From Tubulanus polymorphus (Eukaryota; Animalia; Nemertea), in the NCBI RefSeq assembly GCF_964204645.1, contig NC_134026.1:4549950-4613949 (forward strand): a DNA stretch of 64,000 nucleotides. Reading direction: 5' to 3'. How positions within the stretch are numbered: the stretch's first letter is position 1; the number at the start of each line of letters is the position of its first letter. Of this stretch, positions 34,601-46,100 are shown piece after piece. A program made the position numbers and the translations under genes. The notes beneath the pieces were generated by a model. The model was given only the letters and a program-made list of their open reading frames with translations, made no database searches and had not been told where the DNA came from.

Positions 34601-35250
34601 TAATTAGATAACATTTAAAGCTATATATCTATTCTTGCACTATGGCGTGACGGATACCAATGCAACTGGTGCTCATTACTGGAAATCAAGGCATATCTGA
34701 TTATAAGCTGGGCTACATGCGTTTTTCCAGATTCGTCTCAGCCCGATGTAAGCTAGCCTTAATACTCGAGAGGTTCATAAAGTAGACATATTCCAGATCG
34801 TTTAAGTAGTCATAGCTGGGATACAAGATTGTTATCATCCGGCATGATCACGATTATGTTGATGACTCAAAAATAGACTGTGCCTGAAAGTCCATAGCAA
34901 CATGATTCTGGTCAGGTATATAAACTGCCTATTTTTGTAACTTGCCGAATACAGTTGCTCATGAGCATTTTTTTGGTTTAAGTAACTTATAATTTGAGGA
35001 AAATACAGTCATATTAAGTGAAATAAGTTTGAATCGCTGAAGTTGATTTCAACCAAACCAGAGATAGATGACATCAGGAGCATCTGACAACTATTACGTT
35101 TTCTCCCCAAATAAAAAGTGAGGTCTCACGTACCTAATCCAGTTTGTCTTGGATAAGATGTAATCCAATTCATGCTTGATTAATTATTCTAACATCCACA
35201 CAGGTAAAGCCTACATATACACCTGTTCGCGGTGTTGATAGTTGAGGCAT
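28653..35250 (-). CDS. TTLL7: Tubulin polyglutamylase TTLL7
   Basis: First coding exon 35223-35250 (MPQLSTPRT). Motifs QRINHFPSMGEICRKDSLARNM, IVQEYIDKPFL, DLRIYVLVTSCDPL, MHLTNYSINK, HAYRMCRPGQ...[21 protein letters not shown], and a TTLL7-type C-terminal domain (HKPRVASYWLVKLDS, LLWSHGQGLWNCF, CCRRIVELCKDCLL). Last exon 28653-28797. Confidence 0.93.
30697..30808. repeat. 58-bp tandem duplication in a TTLL7 intron, each copy carrying AG-TAT-GTAAGT on the gene strand
   Basis: AAACTTACATACTTTTCAG(C/T)AATGAA...AGAGTTGAAAT occurs twice with an offset of 58 nt. Confidence 0.9.
33824..34092. mobile_element. piggyBac-like MITE
   Basis: CCCTTTCAGTGC ... GCACTGAAAGGA followed by TTAA. Same family as 25489 (opposite orientation) and 46593. 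Confidence 0.75.
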
Positions 35251-35682
35251 AATATATATCAATACATATAACTGTATATAATTAATTCGAATGACAAATT
35301 ACATGGTTGAGCCGATCAACTCGACTGACCAGGCGGTGGTTTATTTTGGAGAGATTCTAATTTTCAAAAAACGCCTCGATAAAGAGATACCTAGATTATA
35401 TCAGCTCGGTCAAAATGTATCGAATTCATATACGAGCGAATTAAAAGATTTCAAACCATAATACTGCCTACTGAGCTAGTGAAACGAAATGATTTCAAAT
35501 TTACGGATTATATCTTTTTGTCTTTTCATAGAAGTACGCATATTGAGACATACAATAAAGAATGAAGATTTCTTACGAACATAAATACCGCGTTCAGTTA
35601 CGATTACTATTCAAGTATCAGACGTTTTCGAGTTTGATTAATCTTCGATTGATCCGCGCTGAAAACGACTGGGTCAAGGACT

Positions 35683-35695
35683 GTTATCATGAAAC
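35683..35695. promoter_or_regulatory. RFX X-box-like motif upstream of TTLL7
   Basis: GTTATCATGAAAC lies ~430 bp upstream of the ATG and next to a candidate 5' UTR donor at 35576. The match to the consensus is imperfect. Confidence 0.3.
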
Positions 35696-36278
35696 GAGCG
35701 TGATTAATGAACATTTAGAATAATTTTTCGAGTTTCGAAAGACCTATTGTTCATCTTAATGGATATTTTTTTCAATGAAAAGAGAGCTTAAATCTTAGGA
35801 AGAAATGTATTGGTCGTTAGAGTTCCATTTTCAAAGATACAACATCACTAAAATATAGATTCAGAATAAAATGTGAATATTTCGCTATTTCCAGTTTTTT
35901 TAAATTTATTTCTTCTATAACATCTTCTTCACAGTTTTCAATGTTGTCAATTTGTTATTTCATAAATTGCCTTGATAACAAACCAGATTTTTTTTTGGTG
36001 GAAAGTTATTTTAGCTACGCTCTTTGTAGACAAAAAGAAACCATAAGTTGTCGTGAACGCTTAAGAACTGATCTGACAGAAAGATCCCACCATAAATAAA
36101 GAATGAATGAATGTCAAATATAGAAACCGCGTTGATATCCGAAATCTGTGTAACTGGTTCAGGCAATTGTCAATATACACATGCCAAAAAATAGCATTCA
36201 AAACATAACGGAAAATTTAATATTCTGAACATATTTCCAATAATTCTGTTTCGTAAAGCACTGTGACAATTCGTGTAT

Positions 36279-36542
36279 CAGTGTTCCCTACATGCTGGAA
36301 TTCTAAATGGGCTGCATTTATTGTTAAGTCATGACATTGTGGCTGCTGAAGTAGCAAGGCTTTCGCTCCCGCAAAAATTACAGAAAATTTAATTTAATTC
36401 TTCAAGTGTTTATCTTCTATAAACTGGTATGGGCAGACGATATTCGGGATGGCTGATATAAGGGATGGCTGAATTTCAGAGGGGTGGATGTAAAAATAAA
36501 GGGGGTGGCCGCCCCCTCTAAAACCTGTTGCAGAGAACACTG
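36279..36542. mobile_element. hAT-like MITE
   Basis: TIRs CAGTGTTCCCTAC / GCAGAGAACACTG. No clear TSD. Confidence 0.5.
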
Positions 36543-36651
36543 TTGTCAAAGTGTCGAAAGGCGACCGTTCATTGTAACATTTAGGATTTTTTTTCGAATC
36601 CCTGAGTTTTGATATTTGAATAGCGAAGCCCTACTGGACTGACTGGCTGAT

Positions 36652-37097
36652 CAAAAAACTTATGGCTCATTTAAGCAGTGATCGCACGGAGACGATTTGG
36701 CTTGGGCTTGGTCCAAGCCAAATTTGACATGGGCAGAATTTGTTCCAGGCCAAAAATACTTGCAAAAAAACTTATGGCTCCTTTAAGCAGTGATCGCACG
36801 GAGACGATTTGGCTTGGGCTTGGTCCAAGCCAAATTTGACATGGGCAGAATTTGTTCCAGACCAAAAATACTTGCAAAAAACTTATGGCTCATTTAAGCA
36901 GTGATCGCACGGAGACGATTTGGCTTGGGCTTGGTCCAAGACAAATTTAACATGGGCAGAATTTGTTCCAGGCCAAAAATACTTGCAAAAAAACTTATGG
37001 CTCATTTAAGCAGTGATCGCACGGAGACGATTTGGCTTGGGCTTGGTCCAAGCCAAATTTGGCATGGGCAGAATTTGTTCCAGGCCAAAAATACTTG
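36652..37097. repeat. Tandem array, 4 copies of a ~112-bp unit, each with an 11-bp-stem hairpin
   Basis: CTTATGGCTC at 36659, 36771, 36882 and 36994. Units are nearly identical and each contains ATTTGGCTTGG-GCTTGGT-CCAAGCCAAAT (one mismatch in copy 3). Confidence 0.95.
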
Positions 37098-40000
37098 TGT
37101 GACCGCGGCTTTAGTTCCGCTTCTGATGATATCAGTGAGAATAGAAGCTGGCAGACAAAATCAGAGCTCGTATCCAGCTGCTACTAGTTCCAGTTTTCTA
37201 TCGGTAGTATTTTTCATTAACGTAAATTGTATATATCATCACTTTCAATCTTCAACAGCTCAAAAATGAATTATCTTTAAATCAATAATCACAGTAATTC
37301 AATTCAATCCATCTAGTGGACTTGGTCCATCATTCCTACCTGACAACCACATTGTGAATTCTCCTCGTTAACGGATATTAGCATAAATTATATATCCATA
37401 TTTGGAATATATACCGGTATAAAATCTATAAATCACATATAATATATATATATATATATACATATATGTTGTCGGCTTCCTCACTCGTTGTCAGGTACTT
37501 CAAATCAAATATTCATAATGTTTGCCGGGAAGCCTTTGTGAGCTGATCAAACATCTTCATGAATATTTCAAATTTAACAAGATATCCGCATGGTTTCGTT
37601 TTACGCCCACAAACTAACCGTTCGCCTGTCGTATTCGGATATTTTTTCCGCGTGTTTATGCGAGGGGCCTTTATCTTACGATGCGAAACTGATTTTTATG
37701 TAGATTATTGCGCGGGACGCACGTCAACGCATAAAAATCAGATGAAAGACATTTTATGACAAGCGTTTTGTCTATACCTAACAGATATCTATATCAACGT
37801 CGACTCAAAAGTCATTCGGATTGATCGATTGTTCACGTGATATCTAATAAAACGAAAGTAAAAGTCGAAACTTTTAGAATTACTAATCAACAACAAGCCT
37901 TCGGCATATATACGGGAACGAGAATTTTTGTAATTTAGTTGCCTAATGAAGCGCGTAGGCCTTTAAGGTGAACTACATGGCAAAAGGGTTTCATTTTGAA
38001 TGGAAAGTTTTGCATGCGATATACAGCATTGTTGATGTTTGTAAAAAACTCTCTTTATCACAAAACAGGACGCAAAAATGAAAAAAAAAAAACTAGTTTC
38101 TCCTCTGAGTGCTGCTCGTAGAAAAGTCTGCTTTCTTCCCTACCTATATATAGAACTTAATTTAACACAAAAAAACCAGTTTCTGCAGATTCCATTTTAA
38201 AGAGGAAAACACCCAATTTAGTTCTTAGCTACGTTTTTCAGATTTAAATATTGAAAAATTCTGGCCGATCAATTAGGAAATAAATCATGACTAAACTAAT
38301 TAAGGTGCTAGTTTCAAGTTTTAGCGTGTCATACCAAATGGATCCATTATCTTGACACATTAAAATAGAAAGTCCGTGAAAATCTTAACACCCAAGCGCA
38401 AATTGCTTTTTATAAGAGGCTTTTATTTCAGCTATGTCAGACAGGGTGAAAATTGCGAAAGACTATGTGAACGTGTTTGACCTGTGTTTAATACCACACA
38501 GTTACCAGTCTGAAACTGTGAAAGACCTGAAATATTTGTCAGATTCAGGCTATAGCCTGTAACAACAGCAAATAAAGTTAATCTAATGAGGTGTTACGCA
38601 AACAATACCCACATGCTAGTTTTGGTTATGGGTATTTTGTCACATTCTATTAACGCTCATTATGGGGAAAAAAATTTAGCAATTTCATCATATTACTCTA
38701 ATATAAGTAATTCAAGTAACAAAGATGTTAGTGAAATCTTTTTTAGTAGAAAAGTGTCGGATTTAGATTTGATATCATGTGGGTAAAGACAGTATAATGA
38801 ACCTCAGGTGTTAACACAATCAAGTAAACAATTCCGATTTTTAGGAAATAGGAATATGAAACTGGTTTGATAGACATGATTTTAATTCCAGGGAACAATC
38901 AATTAAAGTTTCAGTTGTCGTAGTTTTTCTCATTTTCTACTTTGGAAATAATAGATTAATTCTAAAAACATCCCTAGCATTTAGCGATAGAAACAGGTCC
39001 ATTCTTCGAGTTGAAGCGACTTCATTCAATTCCATACCTTCAACCGTATTAAGAATATATCCCTTTTCCGCGTCGAGTTTCGGAAAGAACGGTTTTCGAC
39101 GGTCCGGTTTCATTTTTCTCCAGCGTTAGATATCACTTTTCCAAGATATCCTCCGAGGAAATCGAACGAAATGTTTATTCATCACATATCGGCCTATGTC
39201 TTAACGGTGTTGACTAAGTGACCGATATCAGCGAAGTTGATGTATTATATATATATATATATATATTCATATAGACCAGTCATGTATGCATTTCACTTTA
39301 TCTCACGCTACGAATGCATTATCAAACTTTCACCAACAACTGAACGCACAATAGCTTCACAATAGTCAATAGGAACGCAAGTGAATGTAAAAGTGTTATT
39401 TCGGTTACTTTTTTGTTTGTTCCAGAAGTCACAAAGGATAACCTTGCAACAGGTTTATAAATTCTGATTACGGATTCTCTTATATTCGCTTATAACCAAT
39501 GATCGGTTCGAAAATTGATTGCATAAAACGTTGAATAATTAATCGCGACACCTTTATTCTCCGACTATTGAGTCATAGAGTTAAAAACAGTAGACCATGG
39601 AAGTATTTTTCATATTGTAGAAACAGTTAACAACATCGTAGACACAGTGGGACAGCTCCAATTCGTAGTTTATTCTTTTCCCAAGAAAAATATCTTCAAA
39701 GTTGGGTTTGACAACCTAGAAATAGGCATATAATGCCTCCCGTTGGTTGTAACCGATACGATTCGATAGGTTGAAATATGATACTTTGCTTCTCATTTCT
39801 GCTTGCCCTGTACATTACTTTTTAAAAAGTCATGGTCAAGCTAACGATAACAGATCCGACAGTTATAGAAATGAACTGATTACTAATATCATTGCTGTTT
39901 ACAAAATGAGCCGGCCAATTAGGAGAAACAAGCTATCATTTTCTTATTTCTGGCAGAAAACAGAAAACTATAATTGAATATCGAATTCGAAAACCTTTAA

Positions 40001-42874
40001 AAAGGCATTGTTTTCAAAACCCGGTATTCGAAATCAAGTACATTATTTCACAGTCTGATTTAATAGCAAGCCGAGTGAATCCTGTCTCGCCATTGAAGCA
40101 CTGGCTGTCAGGCACACAGAGAACGCACAGATATATCCACAGAGTTACTACACAGTACATCTTTCAAAGGCAGGGGTGATAAGCCTTGAAAAGAAGAGCC
40201 TTGATAAGGTTAGTACCCGAGGCTCAATGCAAAACAGATAGAGACAATCACGAAGCCAAAAAGTTAAAATGTCAAAACTTTAAAACCAAGTTTTTCAAAT
40301 CAGAATTTTCAGTTTTTTCACTATGAAACCATTATCAATAAGGAATGACCTAAAATACAACATATATTACAGTTTATACAGAAAGAACATTACAATGCAC
40401 ACTGTTACAAAACAGATAGGTTAAGGGCAGGGCTCTTCTCCCAGAGAAAATCGAAACCATAATTGAAGCTTTCTGCTGAAACCAGAAATCTGTGTAACGA
40501 TTATATATACCTTTATCAATAGAGGACATAGAACTGCTTCCTCTCAACGTAAACATCTTTCTTTTCTAAGACGACTGCTTTCAATCAGATCAATTCAATT
40601 GCACACAAAATAACTTTAAGTGAAGTGCATGTAGCCAGATCTGAAAAAATAAAATAATAACCTTTGTAAAAAATTCAGTTTTTTTGGTAGATTTAGATAA
40701 TCACGTAGGCGTTTCTATAAGTTACAACCGCTACAGCTTTTCAGCTATGTGAGTCTTGGTGGAAACTGATTGCTGATCTTTGCAATTCTTGAACGATAAG
40801 GATAAACTCTGTCACTGATTTCTGGTGGCGAGTAGTGTCATTATCAAACAGCTAAGAAACGGTTAGTATCCTTGGCTCTTACAGCGGGACAACTTAGTTA
40901 TTGATGCAAGCAGAGGCCGATGTCAACAGGTAAAAACAATGGGCGAAATACGGGTACATGCACATACGCATCTTTTCAAGTGAAAGCGAAAGAACACTCT
41001 GTTCTTCGCAGAGAAGGCAGATAAAAATCTTCTGCGAAATAATTTCACACATTTTCCACACAAACTTTAAAGAATTGTTCACAATTTTTGTGTCAATCTC
41101 ACTCCTGTGAAATAAAAAGGGACATCAATCAGGCACATACCCAGGCACTGGGCTGGGCTTAAAATTCTTAATTCATTGTTGAGTTAGTTTTTAACGCTTT
41201 TAAGCAGTCCCGTGGATTTTTGAGAATGGATGGATTTTGGTTGGATGAGCTTCTCTGAATTTTTATTCGCTTTTATTGGACGATAATATCCATAATACTA
41301 CTCACCAATCATCTCAATAAACAATATATGGGATCTTCACAGCTTTACTACGGTTATACATAGGTATTTGTCGTTAATAATGCGGCCGTAAATAAAATAG
41401 TGTCGTCAAAAAAGTGCGTGAAATCATGAAAATCACGGCGTTGCTAATGAAGCTTTTGATATCGGTGTCTACAATACCCGATATCAGTCAGATCTATCGG
41501 GTATCCGAGTTCGGGAAAATTCAAATTTAAACAATTTATTGATCAATCATTTTGCTCACCTTAGTAGATGAATAATACTAAAATTGGTCGACACATGAAA
41601 ACGAAACTTATGATTTTAAAGGCACCAGTTTTCAGTCGCAAGTCTCCTATTATCGGAGGGTCATTCAGGCTGAGGAACGTATCTCAATCCCACTGTACTA
41701 AAAAAGTTGTCATGCGGAGGGAAATTGTCTCAATCCTAAGTCTCTACTATTCAAAAGTTGAGCGAGCCACACTAAATATAAGCAAATAAATAGTCTTGCA
41801 ATTATTCCATTATTATTATTATCATTATTATATTATAAATATAAAGCTTTTTTCCCCGACCACAGAATACACACACAGCAAACCCGAATATACACTAAAA
41901 TAAAATCTTTAACTGAATCAACTGGAGAAAAAATTTTCAATCGGCACTGCGACTGCGTTTAATATTTCGATTACATTTGATTGCCATTTTATCAAGTTCA
42001 ACTCGCCCATTTCAATTACCTCATTAAAGTTAAAGAGTCAACAACAAATATTCATCCCCATCCCCCATGCACATTTAGTGCGACATAAACTTTAAAAAAA
42101 AATTCAACAGTGAAATGTAAATTACTTGATTGCAAACTGGCCAAATGATTGGATGAGATCATACAGTCCTCTCATCGGAACAATGATTAACTTTCACATT
42201 TACAAGTTCGAATAGAAGATTTTGATTTTGTTACTTTTCAATTCAAAAAACAAGTGTAAAATATAAACGTTTTCGAGAACGAAAAAAAGGAAAAAGTAGC
42301 GAGATAAGGCACTAGATGGGGAACGAAAAGGGCAGCGCGCTCATACAAACTTAAAGCTCATAATATTCTACATATAAGTATACAGCTGCAATTCTATATA
42401 ATATACAATCTATACTGGTATATCAAACATCTATTCCATACAATAATGGATGCACCATGTAGATTATTCGAGAAAATTTGTCAAAAATATATCCTTCATC
42501 ACTTGCTAATACTGTATATACCTTTAAACACCTTCACCCAAAATTACATTTATATCTTTGTGATCTTTTTTCTATCTAGCAGAATACATATACCCAAGGT
42601 TCTAAATCATGCTATTAATTCATTAGAATACCATTTTCCTCACAAGAATTCTGACCCGATGTCAAAGTTGTGGCACGGAGTCCATCAGGTACAAGTTCTA
42701 TTGTTAATAGTTGAAAGCCAATCACCAGTGAAATTAGTAACTCACGTAAAGACCAATAGATAGACATTCATACATTCAATCATATCAGTGACAAAGGGAC
42801 CAGCCCTAAAACTGGACATTCGTTACACTTAAGACTTAAAGACTACCGTAGTCAGAAATGCCAGAATATCTATG

Positions 42875-43052
42875 CAGTGGATCCTCGTTAAAACGACCTC
42901 AGATATAACGATTTATTGGTTACCAAAAACCTAGAATTTGTCACAAATAGGACAAGTTCAAAAATGTTATACTAGATATAACGACCAGTTATACGGTTAT
43001 TACGGATACATTTCATGGGCTTCTGAAGTTCATTGTAAATGAGGTTCCACTG
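42875..43052. mobile_element. Tc1/pogo-like MITE in the CPD 3' UTR region
   Basis: CAGTGGATCCTCGTTAAAACGA / GTAAATGAGGTTCCACTG. Confidence 0.65.
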
Positions 43053-43171
43053 TTATAATCATTGCCTGGTTTCACTAATCGATATAGTCAGTATGTTCAG
43101 TCAATGAAACTGAGAAGTTAATGAATCCGGGACTTTCGAGATTTAAATTTTGATTTTCTTAACGGAAACGA

Positions 43172-46100
43172 TCATGATCGTCGACTGAAGTAAACGTCGT
43201 CCTCTGAACTCGAATCGTCGTGATATTCGTTCGTCAGGAGCGACTTTTTCTGGCCGCCGTTTATTCCGTTCGCTTCGTCGGGGTAACCGTTCGTGTTCAG
43301 CTGTTTGTACGTTACCGGCTGAGCGCCCCATCGTCGCACCATCGTCAAAATCACCAGTAATACGACAACCAACATCAACGCTGTAACTGAAATCAGAAAA
43401 CAAATTCGCCTGAGAAAATATCATTCGATAGGAAATAAATTCTCATTAATGTGAACATATCTTCAGATTAAACAAACCCTTTTTTTAATTTTCAAAATTA
43501 TTTCCAGCACTTTGGGGTATTAATTAATCAGCACTATAAGGCTTAAATGATTTATTTTCAGCAAGCGGCGATATAGATTGTATATTCAATAATTAATAGT
43601 TTCTATTTCATGCAGTTAGTAAACAAATTAACTTACCAATTAGATATTTCATATACCATAAAGTTGATTGCATTCATTAGGATATTTTGCGGATGGAAAG
43701 GAAAATAATATGGGTTTCAAATTACTAAATAAATCACACTTAAGATAGATTCCACAGATTGTATTTAGCAATGATTTACCACTAACTGCCAAATAAACTA
43801 CGGTAGTTTCAATATTCTATAATGATTGTAGAAATGCATGGCTGGTACATAAGCATTAGAGTGGTATAATGTATTACAGCATGATATTTCATGAAGCTAG
43901 TACTGAGCTAGAGACAGTCTTGATACCCAGTCTATTCGAAGCCAGCACACAAAACCTTTATAATCAACTAAGGAACTACACCAGTACTACACGGCACATC
44001 TATGTGAATAGTGGCTATATTCTATGTTACTATTTTCAATATTGAGACGTAAAATTGAATGAAATACAAACCTGATACTGCTAACACAACGATAGGTCCA
44101 GTTCCAAGAATAAAAGAATCAATTTCCAACATGAAATCTAAATGAACAACGTGACCAGCCTTGACTTCTACGGTCTGAAAATAAAAAAAAAATTCACGTT
44201 GCTTTAATCTAATTCACCATTTCGAGAAATCTTTTAGAGTAAGAATCTTCAGCAAACATTCGGTTGATATCGATAATGTAGATGCAACTTTCTCACTCAC
44301 CTTGCTAACAGGACCGTATCCAAATAATGCAGCCGTCACTTTGTACGTGCCAGGCAACACGTACTTCCAGTAATCACCTTGAGTTGACGTTTTCGCATCT
44401 TTTTTAACACCCTCGAAGCGCACGTGAGCCCCTCTTAAAGCATTTCCTTTCTTGTCTTTCACGATACCTTTGATACCACGATGTGCCTACAATCAAGAAT
44501 GATTTATTCAGTAATCGGCAAGAGCGCTCGCCGAGTCTGTGACACCAGGAGAACCTTCGTTTCAATGAGATTCATTTCAATACTGGTATACCTGTTTCAA
44601 CATCGTAATTAACGATGCTTTATGCATGTTCCAAATACGAGGAAGAGAATTACTTTTCGGGTATGCGCAACAATCGGGAGCAATGGCAATAGGTAATGTT
44701 CCGTACATCTGGTACATAAAATCCTGAAACAGAAACACAAAGTGAAATATCATAGCTCATCTTTGATGGGAATGTAGGATACCAAAAATATTCATTGACA
44801 CATTGACTGCCAAATATAAGCTCTGACAATGTCTGTTGTCTCTACGAGATATCTCAAAGCTAACCCATATAATTTTGGAAAGAAACAGAAACTTTCAACT
44901 ACCGGTATTTACAGTTCATTACCTGTAAAGTCCCAGTCTCTGATTCCCATTCGGCTCCATTCACAATACCACCTTTAAATGATTGTCCTGTAAGCAGAAA
45001 AAAATATCTTCTGAATTGAATCACTTAAATTCGATTTACTTTGCAAAAGTCAACGTACTGGTATGTATTTATCAACATATATACATACCTGGTTGTTGAG
45101 GGCAGCTCGGTTTACCGAGGTTCATTGTCGGGTGTTTGTTAGCGTAAGACGCAGCGATCGATTTCAATATTTCATCATCGGCAGTAGGATGGCTCAGTGA
45201 TCCATCTGAAACATGGGTACATCAATGAAAATACAAAGTCAATTTCTTATAGCTGATTGCATATCTGTAATCCCATCAAGATCGTTTGAAAATCATACCT
45301 GTATCATTAAACGGAGCGAAATAAGGATAGGCGGCGACTAACGTAGCGCCCTGGAATGCAATGGATAGAAGGAATGGATTCTTGGATGACAGGCTTAACA
45401 ACGCCATTATCTCTGGCTGTAATTGACCGCTGCTATTCGTGAAGTCCACTTGACCATAGTAAACATCATCTAAAAGAACGAGATAGGCAAAAAAAAACAT
45501 GAACATCAACAGTCTTCATGAGCAATGAGAGGCAACTATGTGCATTTGACTCCCGTATTCTGGATTTCAAGTTACTGGTTATTAAAGGTCAATTACTAAT
45601 CAATGATGCCTGAAGAAAAACTTACTCAATGTTGGAAAACTTGTGGACAGATCGATGCCATTAGCATTATCAGGTTTACCGGAGCAAACTCCTTCTTTGG
45701 CCAAATCAGCACCATCAGGGTTTAACGAAGGAATGATATGGATCCTCGTGCTATCAATCAACTGAAAAGGAATGCATTCGTTAACCCGTCCTTTGAATTG
45801 AAAACATTTTCATGCCACAAATTTGACACAAAATCGTTCAAAAATCTGTTGTAAATTACACTTACTGCTGTTATTTCATCATCTTTGTTGTAGTTCGAAG
45901 TGAGATAATCGATGAACTGCAGTAGAATCTCGCGACCGACGACTTCATCGCCGCGAACATTACCGACGAACTGTATTTCCGGCTCTCCGGTCTCGTGTAT
46001 TCCCGGACGACTGCTGATTTCTACGGACCATATTTCATTACCTTTTACTGATTTCCCGAGACTGAAATGAACAACAATTCACTGAAATCATTATAATACA

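Noticed and set aside
36652-37097. CRISPR-like array of palindromic repeats, and the 122-aa ORF within it
   Set aside because: The sequence between palindromes is near-identical rather than unique spacers, there are no cas genes, and the context is eukaryotic. The ORF is a repeat artefact.
43635-43710. Donor TTG|GTAAGT and pyrimidine tract in the last CPD intron as an alternative exon
   Set aside because: No AG follows the tract and no open frame is compatible with the flanking exons.
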